A stretch of DNA of 64,000 bases from Halobacteriovoraceae bacterium (GTDB lineage: Bacteria; Bdellovibrionota; Bacteriovoracia; Bacteriovoracales; Bacteriovoracaceae). Made by a program: the position numbers and the translations under genes. Shown in pieces: positions 28,568 through 38,411 of this stretch (positions within the stretch are counted from its first letter, which is position 1; each line of letters begins with the position of its first letter). Under the pieces are notes generated by a model. That model had not been told where the DNA came from, did no database searches, and worked only from the letters and a program-made list of their open reading frames with translations. The DNA lies in contig CAVRCF010000001.1 in NCBI GenBank assembly GCA_963719505.1, positions 256,001 to 320,000 on the forward strand, read 5' to 3'.

Positions 28568-29471
28568 TTTTAGACTCTAGGTATTTGAAGTAGTCAGCCG
28601 CTTTGTATGAGCTTCTTACCATTGGGCCACTGGCCACAAATTCAAAACCAATATCGTAAGCCAATTTTTTTAAATGATCGTACTCATCTAGCTCATAATA
28701 TTTCTGAACTTCTAAATGGGCCAAAGTTGGTCTGAGATATTGACCAAAAGTGATAACACTTACACCGGCAGCCTTTAAGTCCATCATAGTTTCTACCAGC
28801 TCCTCTTTTGTCTCACCAAGACCGACCATAATAGAGCTTTTAGTTGCAATAGAAGGATAGTTCTCTTTATAAAACTTTAAGGCATTTAAGGTTTTTTCAT
28901 AACCGGCTCTTCTATCTCTCACTGGATGAGTTAATCTTTTTACAGTTTCAATATTTTGGGCAATGACAAAAGGATTACTTTTAGCAAGGGTATGCATGTG
29001 TTCTGGAACAACTGCAAAGTCTGGAATTAAGACTTCAACCTTAACATTTGGATGATCCTGATTCACTTGCTTTACAACCTGTGCAAACTGACCAGCTCCA
29101 AAGTCAGGCAAATCATCGCGGTCGACACTTGTGATAACAATATAATCAAGACTCATTAGTTTAACCATCTCAGATGCTTTCTTGGGCTCATCAGGATCTA
29201 ATAAACCTTTTGGATTTCCAGTCTTAACATTACAGAATTTACAAGCACGCGTGCAAGTATCACCAAGGATCATCATAGTGGCAGTTTTGTCAGCCCAACA
29301 TTCAGAGAGGTTAGGACACTTTGCCTCCTCGCATACTGTAAACAAGCCTTTTTCACGAAGACTTCTTTTGACTTGGACGTAATTGTCGCCCTTGGGAATC
29401 TTGCTTTTTAAAAAGCTTGGTTTTCCACTAAGATTTTTCTTACCATATTTATTAAAGACAGTTTTTTCCAT
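28560..29471 (-). CDS. lipA: Lipoyl synthase
   Basis: TVCEEAKCPN..ECW, CTRACKFC, TSVDRDDL, SGPMVRSSY. Confidence 0.97.
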   Translation of the reverse strand: MEKTVFNKYGKKNLSGKPSFLKSKIPKGDNYVQVKRSLREKGLFTVCEEAKCPNLSECWADKTATMMILGDTCTRACKFCNVKTGNPKGLLDPDEPKKASEMVKLMSLDYIVITSVDRDDLPDFGAGQFAQVVKQVNQDHPNVKVEVLIPDFAVVPEHMHTLAKSNPFVIAQNIETVKRLTHPVRDRRAGYEKTLNALKFYKENYPSIATKSSIMVGLGETKEELVETMMDLKAAGVSVITFGQYLRPTLAHLEVQKYYELDEYDHLKKLAYDIGFEFVASGPMVRSSYKAADYFKYLESKND

Positions 29472-29516
29472 ACTCTTTGTTTAACATCTTTTGCTGAATC
29501 GTGCCAGTGGTAAGGT

Positions 29517-29846
29517 TTATGCGACGTTTAGATCTAAGAGATTTGACACTTTTACATCTAACTGAAGAGTTTCATCGTAAGCGGTGACGATAGAGACAGA
29601 CTCAAGAGTCCCAAGGCCAACTTCGGGCTCTAAGACTTCTAAAAGGTGCTTTGGAAAGAATACCTCTCCACTTGTATTGCTTGTCAAACAGGACCAATTA
29701 CTAGGAATTTCAAAATGAAGACCATTGAGGGTTATCTCGTAAGCCATTGATTTCTGGTTATATGTGGCAATAAACTTACCAGATGCCTCGAGGGTTTCCT
29801 CGACCATCATTTCTATTAAATTTGAATCTAGAACTTTATCATCCAT
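29517..29846 (-). CDS. Hypothetical protein
   Basis: 109-aa ORF in a co-oriented run. Confidence 0.55.
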   Translation of the reverse strand: MDDKVLDSNLIEMMVEETLEASGKFIATYNQKSMAYEITLNGLHFEIPSNWSCLTSNTSGEVFFPKHLLEVLEPEVGLGTLESVSIVTAYDETLQLDVKVSNLLDLNVA

Positions 29847-29891
29847 ACTAGACGTATCGGATATATAGTTAAAAAAACTTAATAATAATTT

Positions 29892-30335
29892 TTACTCTTC
29901 AATCAAGGGGTTAATCGGCTCTGTCGAATCGTGAAAAGTCTTTATATTCTTAACATCTGAGAGCTTCCAAGACTCACCCTCTTTTATGACTTCAGCGATC
30001 TTTTTGACTTCAGTCTCAAACGCTTTCTTTCCGCCTGACTCAGTTTTGTATTTTATAATATAAGTCACTATGCACTTATCGCCTTCGCAGTTTTTTGTCT
30101 GAATATCGACATCAACATCACTTATTGGCCCAAGACCCGATCCGTCTAGCTCTTCTTCAGAAAGATCAACTGAGGCAGCTAAAAGTGTGCCAGTGGTATA
30201 TTCAGCATAGTAGTCTTTATCTGCTTTGCCAGCGACACTATCCTTTACGAACTTTTCAATAAGACCCTCGGGTGTAGAAGCCCCATTATTACAACCAACA
30301 GCTACCAATATCAAACATAACAATAAAAATTTCAT
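29892..30335 (-). CDS. Lipoprotein of unknown function
   Basis: Lipobox AVGC; NTF2-like ending (K..E.WK..DV). Confidence 0.7.
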   Translation of the reverse strand: MKFLLLCLILVAVGCNNGASTPEGLIEKFVKDSVAGKADKDYYAEYTTGTLLAASVDLSEEELDGSGLGPISDVDVDIQTKNCEGDKCIVTYIIKYKTESGGKKAFETEVKKIAEVIKEGESWKLSDVKNIKTFHDSTEPINPLIEE

Positions 30336-31051
30336 TTCAAATACTCCACTTGAAAACCTTGGTCCGAGATAATTTTAATAAACTCACCCCAATTTAAAAT
30401 AGTATCACTTCCATTTCTCATAAATTTTAACCCTATTCCGCCATTAATGCCTTTGGAGGCAATCTTTGCATCTTGGAAAAATTCACAGCCATCAAAATCT
30501 ATGCGAACAGTGTCAACATTTCCCTCCAGGACTTCTGAGGTATAAATAAAGCAACTGACTTCATCCCAGTTGGTCAAATACCCCTCCCCTTTTACCTCAC
30601 CCTCGAACAAAACTGAGGCTCGAATTTTATAAAGCATGGGATCAAAAAGCTCATGTTCGGTATACTTTGGATTGAGGTAAGCGCGCATTAGTTCAGTATA
30701 AAGCTCAAGTAAAAAATAATAAGAAAAAAGAATATAAAAGAAAAACATCAGAAGGATCAATTTGTCGAAGTTAAGATACAGATCTGTGACAAAGCTGCCC
30801 CCGACAAAAATGAGAAGAGCAGCTGCTAAAGCAAAGCTAAACTTCCTCAAACTATAGAGACTTAAAATAGAAACGGCAAAAAGACCCAAAAGAAACCTAT
30901 TTCCACTGAGAAAGCTTTTAAAAAAGGACATGTCCAAAGCCGTCTTTTCTAAAGAAAGAGCTTTTTCAGCATAGAGAAAGAAAAAGGCCAGTACCGTAAA
31001 GCCTATAATATTCCATACGACGGAACTTCTGTAGATTATTTTCAGTTTCAT
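30332..31051 (-). CDS. Membrane protein with C-terminal degenerate PilZ-like domain
   Basis: Four TM helices then GYLTNWD..SCFI...GGIGLKF. Confidence 0.5.
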   Translation of the reverse strand: MKLKIIYRSSVVWNIIGFTVLAFFFLYAEKALSLEKTALDMSFFKSFLSGNRFLLGLFAVSILSLYSLRKFSFALAAALLIFVGGSFVTDLYLNFDKLILLMFFFYILFSYYFLLELYTELMRAYLNPKYTEHELFDPMLYKIRASVLFEGEVKGEGYLTNWDEVSCFIYTSEVLEGNVDTVRIDFDGCEFFQDAKIASKGINGGIGLKFMRNGSDTILNWGEFIKIISDQGFQVEYLK

Positions 31052-31088
31052 TGTATACTAGTTTAACACCATCTTCAGGGAAGTAAAT

Positions 31089-31277
31089 ATGACAGAGACT
31101 TTTCAAATATCAAAGACGTGTATCAGCTGTGACTCTTGTCGTTTGATCTGTCCCGAAAACTCCATCATCACAAACGGTAGAGAATATGCCATTGATTCTT
31201 GGAGTTGTACTCTTTGTGGAATTTGCACGGAGGTTTGTCCAGTCGACTGCATTAAGTTAATCGAAGCTGGGGACTAG
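31089..31277 (+). CDS. 2[4Fe-4S] ferredoxin
   Basis: CISCDSCRLICP and CTLCGICTEVCP. Confidence 0.92.
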   Translation: MTETFQISKTCISCDSCRLICPENSIITNGREYAIDSWSCTLCGICTEVCPVDCIKLIEAGD

Positions 31278-32189
31278 ATCTTCTGAGTCACCTGATATAA
31301 TAGAAGCACGAATTGAAGCATTTATTTTGGTCGGCGCAAGATAGATGGTGTTTTCTTGGTGCGTAGTATTTTTACCCAAATCAATAACTCCACTAGGAGC
31401 ATCGTAACCACCAAGCCCTATTTTCTTTTCATCAATAGCTCCAGACTTTTTTAGAAAACTGATAAAGACATCGTTTTCACCTTTATTTAATGAATTTAGG
31501 ATGGAGAACATGGAATCGTAGTATCGCCTTAAAGTCCCAAAATCCCAATAGCGGCTCGATTTAATATTGAGTGTTCTGATATTCATCTTTGCAGGAACTG
31601 CTACACTTTCAAAAAACTTACTTTCCCCTTGCACTGGCTTTAGGCTCTCTAGATTAATGCAAGACATTCCAGTATAAGTTTCACATGTCGCTTCTTCGAT
31701 TTTTTCGTTTGGAACAATACCATTTAATTTATTATCAATTGTACTTAGAGCGTTATAGCCATCCTTAGTTGGTACTGTGTAGGATAAAAGGCATACGTCA
31801 GATGTTTCCATTTTACTTGAAAACTCTTCCTTAACTCTATCGTCTAAAATAATGAACTGATCGCTATTGATGACAAGTAGCTTTCCCTTGTAGTCGACTT
31901 TTGAGGCGATATTGTGAATGGCTCCCCCGATATCTAAAACACTATTCTCTTTAACAATAGTGATCTCGTTTTCCATTTTTTTAGAGAGAATTTCTTTTTC
32001 GATAAAGTCTTTTCTATGAAAGAGATTGATAAAGATCTCTTTAGGGTTAAACTGATTGGCATAGGCTATCTCTAGCTCGAGAAGTGTTTTTTCAAAAATA
32101 GGCCATAAAACTTTTGGGATACTTCGTCCAACCTCTCCCATCCGAGTCCCCTTGCCAGCGGCAAGAATCAATACATAATCAACTTGCAT
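31257..32189 (-). CDS. murU: Sugar-phosphate nucleotidyltransferase (MurU-like)
   Basis: LAAGKGTRM...PK.L.P; W.D.GT; downstream of the amgK-like gene. Confidence 0.7.
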   Translation of the reverse strand: MQVDYVLILAAGKGTRMGEVGRSIPKVLWPIFEKTLLELEIAYANQFNPKEIFINLFHRKDFIEKEILSKKMENEITIVKENSVLDIGGAIHNIASKVDYKGKLLVINSDQFIILDDRVKEEFSSKMETSDVCLLSYTVPTKDGYNALSTIDNKLNGIVPNEKIEEATCETYTGMSCINLESLKPVQGESKFFESVAVPAKMNIRTLNIKSSRYWDFGTLRRYYDSMFSILNSLNKGENDVFISFLKKSGAIDEKKIGLGGYDAPSGVIDLGKNTTHQENTIYLAPTKINASIRASIISGDSEDLVPSFD

Positions 32190-33201
32190 AGTAGCTTCCG
32201 AACAGTGTCTTTCTTAGTTCGTTATAGTCAGGGTTTGCCAGCATAATCTTTTTAATCTTCTCCATAGCGAATCCGATATATTTTACGTATCGTTCGTCTT
32301 TTCTATGCTCAAAGATATAAGAAAAGCTTCCAATGGCTTTAAAAACTCTTTGAATTGCGACAAGATCGTAGAGTCTTTTGAATTCCTCAAAGCTTGATTG
32401 ATCCTCAAGTTTGTCTTTCATTTCGTCGTAGTAATAAAGGAGCAGTTTCTCTTTGTTCTCCATATTAAGTTCATAGTAACAATCGTCTAAAAGTGAAGCT
32501 AAGTCATACTGCGGAATACCCATTCTAGCGTCCTGGAAGTCTATAATTATTAACTCTCCATTTTTCACCATTATATTTCGCGAGTGAAAATCTCTATGAG
32601 TAAGAACCATGCTTCGAGATGAAATTTCTCGACAAATCTTTTCAAACTCAGTATTAAGTTTTGAGATAGGTGCAAGCTCTTTAATCTTTAAAAATTTTTT
32701 ATAAAAGTATCTCAAACTAAAATCGATTTCTTCCATATATTTTGTAAAGTCAAATTTCAAATTAAACAGCTGACTATCCTCAATCTTTTGAGGGCTTGTT
32801 TTGTGAATTTTTATGAGTTCATCAATTATTTTCTTATAGATATCGAACTCTTGGGACAGGCTTTCTATATTGACCATCTCTTGAATTAAAGTTTGGTCGC
32901 CAAGATCTTCCTCAAGAATATATCCTTTAGAAGGATTGCTATCTAGGACAAGGGGGACTCTTATTTTCTCACGATGAAAGAAGTTTTGTTTTTTTACAAA
33001 ATCATTATCATCTTGGCTTGGATTATCAAGACAAACCACATAACTAATCTTTGTACAGAAGACTCTATAATACCTTCTTGTTGAGGCATCTCCCGTTAAC
33101 CTTTCAATGGATTCTATTTTTTCAATCTCTATTTTATTGTCTTTAACTGACTGTCTAAACAGATCTTCGATGAATAGGCGCTCTGACATTTCTGGCTTCA
33201 T
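32179..33201 (-). CDS. amgK: Anomeric MurNAc/GlcNAc kinase (AmgK-like phosphotransferase)
   Basis: GDASTRRYYR, LEEDLGD, HRDFHSRNIM, IDFQDARMG..YDLASLL. Confidence 0.82.
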   Translation of the reverse strand: MKPEMSERLFIEDLFRQSVKDNKIEIEKIESIERLTGDASTRRYYRVFCTKISYVVCLDNPSQDDNDFVKKQNFFHREKIRVPLVLDSNPSKGYILEEDLGDQTLIQEMVNIESLSQEFDIYKKIIDELIKIHKTSPQKIEDSQLFNLKFDFTKYMEEIDFSLRYFYKKFLKIKELAPISKLNTEFEKICREISSRSMVLTHRDFHSRNIMVKNGELIIIDFQDARMGIPQYDLASLLDDCYYELNMENKEKLLLYYYDEMKDKLEDQSSFEEFKRLYDLVAIQRVFKAIGSFSYIFEHRKDERYVKYIGFAMEKIKKIMLANPDYNELRKTLFGSYYAS

Positions 33202-33203
33202 AC

Positions 33204-33980
33204 TTACCTTTTAATATTTCTAATAAATCTATAAAATCCGCGAGAGGATCCTGCGTGATATTTTACAGATTTCTTATCTGTATTTTTAATAATAAATGCT
33301 TTAAATAATGCTTCTTCTCGCGAAATAACGCTTAGGTCTCCCAGTTGCATTGAAAAATCTACTGAGTTTCTGTTTTGTATTTGGAGCCAAGATAGATAGT
33401 TATCTGTATCGATCCCAATTCTTTTTAACAGATAGAAAGCCCACTTATGAATCTCTACTTTATCGCTAATACCAAGCCTCATTGTAGACAACATCCTCTG
33501 CGTTGAATAATGTCCAGTAGGAATAACGATCTGCTTTCTATAGATACCTTTTTCTGCTCTTATGAGTTCATAGATTACTAGGCAGTAAAGGAGTTTTTCA
33601 CTTTTAATATATTTATTAACAAGCCCACTTGAGACAAAAATACTTTTACCTGGCAAAGAAAAATGAAAAGGGACCTCGCTGTCAATAACTGTGAGACTTG
33701 GTTCAATTTGGTCGTTAAAGAATAGTTCATTATTTTTTTGAATTTGATTTATAATACTTTTGAAATAAGAAGTACTTTGATTTGAGAGATCAACAGTTTT
33801 AATTTCATCTGTTTTGAGATAAGACTTCTTCAATGACTTCATCTGGTCGAGATAATCTTTTTTTAAATATTGAGCCTTATCCGACAGGTCGACGAGTTCG
33901 AGTTCTTCTTGATCAGAACTTTTCCAAAGGCTGCATCCACTCAGGATGATAAAAAATAGGGTTACAATAATTGCTTTCAT
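33204..33980 (-). CDS. Lipoprotein, M48-peptidase-like but lacking HExxH
   Basis: Lipobox LSGC; FSLPG..IFVSSGL; YELIR where HE..H is expected. Confidence 0.55.
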   Translation of the reverse strand: MKAIIVTLFFIILSGCSLWKSSDQEELELVDLSDKAQYLKKDYLDQMKSLKKSYLKTDEIKTVDLSNQSTSYFKSIINQIQKNNELFFNDQIEPSLTVIDSEVPFHFSLPGKSIFVSSGLVNKYIKSEKLLYCLVIYELIRAEKGIYRKQIVIPTGHYSTQRMLSTMRLGISDKVEIHKWAFYLLKRIGIDTDNYLSWLQIQNRNSVDFSMQLGDLSVISREEALFKAFIIKNTDKKSVKYHAGSSRGFYRFIRNIKR

Positions 33981-33991
33981 TGATCCTGAAT

Positions 33992-34015
33992 AAAAAACAG
34001 GCCTAAAAAGGCCTG
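33992..34015 (-). terminator. Intrinsic terminator after the LysM gene
   Basis: caggcct-4 nt-aggcctg hairpin followed by T6 on the minus strand. Confidence 0.65.
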
Positions 34016-34041
34016 CTCTTCTCTATATGTTCTTCTTTTAT

Positions 34042-34728
34042 TTAAAGATCATTTGTGTTGTTGGCAACATCTCTTCCCTCAATAATTGGAGTGAAAATAG
34101 TAAAGCCTGCGAAAATTTTATTTGGATTTTTTATCAATGGCTTATTGTTATTCCAAATATCTTTCCAATATTTAACAGTTCCGTACGATGTATCAGATAT
34201 TGATCCAAGTGTGTCGCCGTTTTTAATTAAGTATTTATTTCCCTCAGGAGCCCAAGTAAATACTTCAAGAGGTCTTTCATATTTTAATACGGTCCCCTCT
34301 TTAATCATTTTTACTCCACCATTTTGAGCTGAGATTTTTCTCCACATAGAATAGTCTCCATAGATTTTAAATGCGACCATCATAAGTGTTTCATTCTTTT
34401 CAACTGTGTACTCACCCATACCACCAACTTCGTCGATCATTGGCGCAGATGCAGCTGTGTCCATCATCATTGGATCAGTCATCATCGGTTCAGTTTTCAT
34501 TCCCATAGGTGCAGGCGGTGCATCGCTTGAAGCCAAGCTTTCATCGAACGACTCCATCGTTAAATCAGTGTTATCACCAACCACATCAGAAGAGCCAGTG
34601 TCCTCTGTAAATTCATTTGAATCTGTTAATTCAATTCCTGCATCAACTTCATCTAAGTCTGAAGATGACTTTGATCCAGAACATGAGACAAGCCCCATCA
34701 ATAACGACATTAGTACTAATAATTTCAT
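34042..34728 (-). CDS. LysM peptidoglycan-binding lipoprotein (two LysM domains)
   Basis: Lipobox LVSC; YTVEKNETL..VA.KIYG and YLIKNGDTLGSIS...YG...W..I...N. Confidence 0.88.
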   Translation of the reverse strand: MKLLVLMSLLMGLVSCSGSKSSSDLDEVDAGIELTDSNEFTEDTGSSDVVGDNTDLTMESFDESLASSDAPPAPMGMKTEPMMTDPMMMDTAASAPMIDEVGGMGEYTVEKNETLMMVAFKIYGDYSMWRKISAQNGGVKMIKEGTVLKYERPLEVFTWAPEGNKYLIKNGDTLGSISDTSYGTVKYWKDIWNNNKPLIKNPNKIFAGFTIFTPIIEGRDVANNTNDL

Positions 34729-34819
34729 TTCTATCTCCTCAATATGATTTTGAAAATGATTTTAAGAAATTATAACATGTCTTTTAAAAATGTGAGCATC
34801 GGAAAAAATTTATTAGTAA

Positions 34820-35494
34820 TTAGTATTGAAAAAACATTTCCTGTTGATCAATTGACTCATGTATTCTCTTCACCAGCTTATCAAAGTGATCTTCATTTTC
34901 GAGAAAATCTAGATCATCGGTGTCAACTATTAGAGACTTTCCAAGGTCGTAATTGTCATACCACTCATCGTAATACTGATTTAGCTTAGTGAGGTAGTCT
35001 ACTGGTATAGCTTGTTCGTAATCTCTCCCACGCAGTTTTATTCTCTCGCATAGCTTTGGTACTGATCTCTTTAAAAAGATCATCAATGTTGGGGGTGAAA
35101 GGTACTGAATCATTGATTCATAAAGGTTGCAGTAATTTTCGTAATCTCGAGCATCGAGGTCACCTTGTTCAAACAAAGATTTTGCAAAAATATTTGCATC
35201 TTCGTAAATAGATCGATCTTGAATGGAGCTTCCCATTCCTGACTCAATCATTTTATGAGTATTAAATCTGTGGGTAAGAAAATAAACCTGCAGAGGAAAA
35301 CTCCAGCGACTCATATTTTCGTAAAAATCGGCAAGGTATGGATTATCTTGAACAGACTCAAAGTAAGGTTTCCAGTTTAATTTTTCTGATAGCTTATTTG
35401 TTAAGGTCGTTTTACCGCTTCCGATATTTCCAGCGACAACAACAAACATTTTATTGTTACCACTAGATAGCTCCTTATATGCGTGCTCAGACAT
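34820..35494 (-). CDS. Deoxynucleoside kinase
   Basis: AGNIGSGKTT, NPYL.DFY....W.F.LQ.YFL, QDRSIYED, RGRDYE; start chosen after the ggagg RBS. Confidence 0.93.
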   Translation of the reverse strand: MSEHAYKELSSGNNKMFVVVAGNIGSGKTTLTNKLSEKLNWKPYFESVQDNPYLADFYENMSRWSFPLQVYFLTHRFNTHKMIESGMGSSIQDRSIYEDANIFAKSLFEQGDLDARDYENYCNLYESMIQYLSPPTLMIFLKRSVPKLCERIKLRGRDYEQAIPVDYLTKLNQYYDEWYDNYDLGKSLIVDTDDLDFLENEDHFDKLVKRIHESIDQQEMFFQY

Positions 35495-35581
35495 GCTTCC
35501 TCCCCAATATGTTGTGTTCTTCATAGATAGCAAAAACTTAGTGAAAGAGTCAATCAATGCTATATTTTTTTAGAAAGTCTC

Positions 35582-36646
35582 TTGATTGATTTATTTACGG
35601 AGGCCTATAAGTTCTATAAAATAGGCAGATATATGTTATTGCACAAAGTTAGATCCATTAAAGTTTTCATGCTCCTGCTTCTTTGCGCGGCGAGTATAAA
35701 TAATTCTTACTCACAGGATCTTGTTAACGATATTAGCTCCGGAGTCACCCTGGGAGACTCCCAAGAGATGTTCACAGAGACTATTAGGATCATCGGTCGC
35801 TCAAGAAAAGTTTTCGTTATCACTAATACCAATCAAATGCTTTTCAAAGGCGACTTCATTACAATTGTTCTCGACGAAAGGGAAGCTGTTGCAAGAGCCG
35901 TCGTAGCAAAAAACCAAAATGATTTAGTTGGAATAAAAATTCTAAGAATTTATTCTTTGAAAAACTGGAAGAGAATTCGCAAAGACCTCGATGTAAAAAT
36001 TTTAAAAGGTGACGATAGTTGGCTCTTTAAAAAAGAAGAACCAAAAGTTGAGACAAACCCTGATGCGGGTATAAAAATCAATAGCGAAGAAGACTTGTAT
36101 GACGAAGACACTCTCCTCAATCAAGACTTAGATTCTTTTGGCAAGGATACAAGACTCATCAAGCCCGATAATATTGTCAGTGCCGCTTATGCCCGTTACA
36201 GTTTAGATAATCCTTTTGCCAATGGTGGTGAGGGTGAAGTTGAGGCTTTTAACGAGTTCAATGGTTCGTGGGCTTACCAATTTGCTGATAATATTTGGGT
36301 CGAAGGGACAGTGGGATTTGTCACCATGGACAATGTTCCAGCAAACTCTACTCAAACAGTTCTCACTGACCTGATTGTGAGACTTAAGTATACTTTTCAA
36401 GCCCCTCTCTACTCTTACTTTCAACCTTATATCGGTTACCAATACCAAACTGTTTCCAGCCCTAATGCAGGGAAAGCAGAAAATAACGAAGCTTTAAATG
36501 AGAGGGAACTAGATTTTATTGATCAACTTCCAGAGAGTCGAGTTGTTGTGGGCGTTACCGTACTTCGACGTCTTGTTCCGGGCTGGTTTCTCAAAGGAGA
36601 CCTTGGTACTGATATTTTAGCAATAGGATTTGGTATTGAATTTTAA
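35582..36646 (+). CDS. Secreted or outer-membrane protein with C-terminal beta-barrel-like region
   Basis: Signal-like N-terminus; alternating beta pattern; ends GFGIEF (beta-signal-like). Confidence 0.55.
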   Translation: MIDLFTEAYKFYKIGRYMLLHKVRSIKVFMLLLLCAASINNSYSQDLVNDISSGVTLGDSQEMFTETIRIIGRSRKVFVITNTNQMLFKGDFITIVLDEREAVARAVVAKNQNDLVGIKILRIYSLKNWKRIRKDLDVKILKGDDSWLFKKEEPKVETNPDAGIKINSEEDLYDEDTLLNQDLDSFGKDTRLIKPDNIVSAAYARYSLDNPFANGGEGEVEAFNEFNGSWAYQFADNIWVEGTVGFVTMDNVPANSTQTVLTDLIVRLKYTFQAPLYSYFQPYIGYQYQTVSSPNAGKAENNEALNERELDFIDQLPESRVVVGVTVLRRLVPGWFLKGDLGTDILAIGFGIEF

Positions 36647-36773
36647 AATTATTTTTCTCATATTTTCTCTTATCTTTTTTATCGGTTGTGGCTTAAAAAA
36701 TAAGCCAAAAGCTAAAAAAGGAAAATCTCTACCGTCGGTTTCTTCTAAGTATATTAAAAAGATTAGTAAGTAG
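36636..36773 (+). CDS. Small lipoprotein (45 aa), missing from the ORF track
   Basis: TTG start; MNFKIIFLIFSLIFFIGCGLKNKPKAKKGKSLPSVSSKYIKKISK; lipobox FIGC; fills the gap before folK. Confidence 0.65.
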   Translation: MNFKIIFLIFSLIFFIGCGLKNKPKAKKGKSLPSVSSKYIKKISK

Positions 36774-36775
36774 TA

Positions 36776-37252
36776 ATGAGCTTAGTCCTTGCAACAGGAA
36801 GTAATCTCCACGATAAGCTTCAAAATCTAATAGACGCCAAAAATGTTTTACAAGAAATGTTTGACCTCAAAGCTGAAAGTGATGTGTTTGAGTCAGTCGC
36901 GGTTGACTACACTAACCAACCCGACTTTTATAATCAAGTGCTAGAGTTCACCATACCCGAGGATTTTTCACCGCAAGAAGTCATGCTAAAACTTTTAGAA
37001 ATTGAAAAGCTAATGGGAAGAACGAGAGATATCGATAAGGGACCCAGAACTGTCGATATTGATATTATTTTCTGGGATTTAGCGGCAATAAGGGAAGAAA
37101 ACTTGATCATTCCCCACCCTCGTTGGCAAGATAGAAGCTTTGTTGTCCGACCGTTGCAACAGTTACCGTTCTTTAAAAAAATTGAGAAATGTTTTAAAAT
37201 ACCCCATGGATTTGAAGTAGATGCAAAACCCATACAAAGGATAGATAAATGA
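36776..37252 (+). CDS. folK: 2-amino-4-hydroxy-6-hydroxymethyldihydropteridine diphosphokinase
   Basis: GSNL, Q.DFYNQV, IE..MGR.R...GPRT.DIDI, PHPR...RSFV..PL. Confidence 0.95.
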   Translation: MSLVLATGSNLHDKLQNLIDAKNVLQEMFDLKAESDVFESVAVDYTNQPDFYNQVLEFTIPEDFSPQEVMLKLLEIEKLMGRTRDIDKGPRTVDIDIIFWDLAAIREENLIIPHPRWQDRSFVVRPLQQLPFFKKIEKCFKIPHGFEVDAKPIQRIDK

Positions 37253-38388
37253 ATTTTGAATTAACTCAGGATCAAAAAGACATGCAAGAGATGGCGTTAA
37301 AGTTTGCTAAAAACGAACTTATCCCCGTTGCAGCAAAATATGACGAAGAGGGAATTTTTCCTATGGAAGAATTCAAAAAAGCTTGGGAGCTTGGACTCAT
37401 CAATACATGTATTCCAGCTGAATATGGTGGGGCTGGGTTTTCTGAAGTTGAAGCAGTCATGATCGGCGAAACTATGGCTTATGGTTGCATGGGGATAAAC
37501 ACTTCTTTTATGGCCAATGACCTCGCACTTTTACCGATAAAAATTGCTGGTACCCACGAGCAAAAAGAAAAATTTCTAAGACCCTTCACAGAAGAATTTA
37601 AGATCGCTTCGTTTTGCTTGACTGAACCAAGCAATGGATCTGATGCTGCAGGAATTCAAACCACAATTAAAGAAGATGGTGACCACTGGGTTATCAACGG
37701 AGAGAAAATGTGGATTACAAATGCAGGTCATGCCGACCAGTTTGTCGTGTACGGAACAATAGATCCCGCACTAAAGCATAAAGGAATTTCAGCTGTTGTT
37801 GTTCCCGCTGGTACGGAAGGAATTATTCTTGGAAAAAAAGAAGATAAAATGGGTCATCGTTCAAGCGATACCCGTGGAGTTAGATTTGAAAATGTAAGAG
37901 TGCCAAAAGAAAATATGTTAGGCGCACCTGGAGAAGGATGGCTCATTGCCATGAAAACTCTAGATTATTCTAGACCATTAGTTGCCTCTGCAGCACTCGG
38001 TGGTTCTCAAAGAGCTCTTGACGAGTCTTTAAAATACGCGAAAGAGAGAAAGCAATTCGGCGTTGAAATCGCAAAGCATCAAATGATTCAACAAATATTA
38101 GCTGATATGGCCATGAAAGTTGAAGCTTCTAGACTCCTCGTCTACAAAGCGGCGTGGCAAGTTGACAAAGGAATTAGAAACACTGAAGTTGCAAGTTATG
38201 CCAAAGCTTTCGCCAGTGATTCGTGTATGCAAATCACCACCGATGCGGTACAACTATTTGGCGGATACGGCTACAGTAAAGAGTACCCTGTGGAAAAGTT
38301 AATGCGGGATGCAAAACTTATTCAGATTTATGAAGGCACAAGTCAAATCCAAAGACTAGTAATAGCAAGAGAAATACTAAAGAGATAA
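37249..38388 (+). CDS. Acyl-CoA dehydrogenase
   Basis: FCLTEP..GSD, NG.KMWITN, ER.QFG, GGYGY..EYPVEK..RDAK..QIYEGT. Confidence 0.96.
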   Translation: MNFELTQDQKDMQEMALKFAKNELIPVAAKYDEEGIFPMEEFKKAWELGLINTCIPAEYGGAGFSEVEAVMIGETMAYGCMGINTSFMANDLALLPIKIAGTHEQKEKFLRPFTEEFKIASFCLTEPSNGSDAAGIQTTIKEDGDHWVINGEKMWITNAGHADQFVVYGTIDPALKHKGISAVVVPAGTEGIILGKKEDKMGHRSSDTRGVRFENVRVPKENMLGAPGEGWLIAMKTLDYSRPLVASAALGGSQRALDESLKYAKERKQFGVEIAKHQMIQQILADMAMKVEASRLLVYKAAWQVDKGIRNTEVASYAKAFASDSCMQITTDAVQLFGGYGYSKEYPVEKLMRDAKLIQIYEGTSQIQRLVIAREILKR

Positions 38389-38411
38389 TTAACTAACTTA
38401 AAGGAGTATGT

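Noticed and set aside
29490-29508. Sigma54-like TGGCACGATTCAGCA upstream of lipA
   Set aside because: GG-to-GC spacing is 9 nt rather than the required 10.
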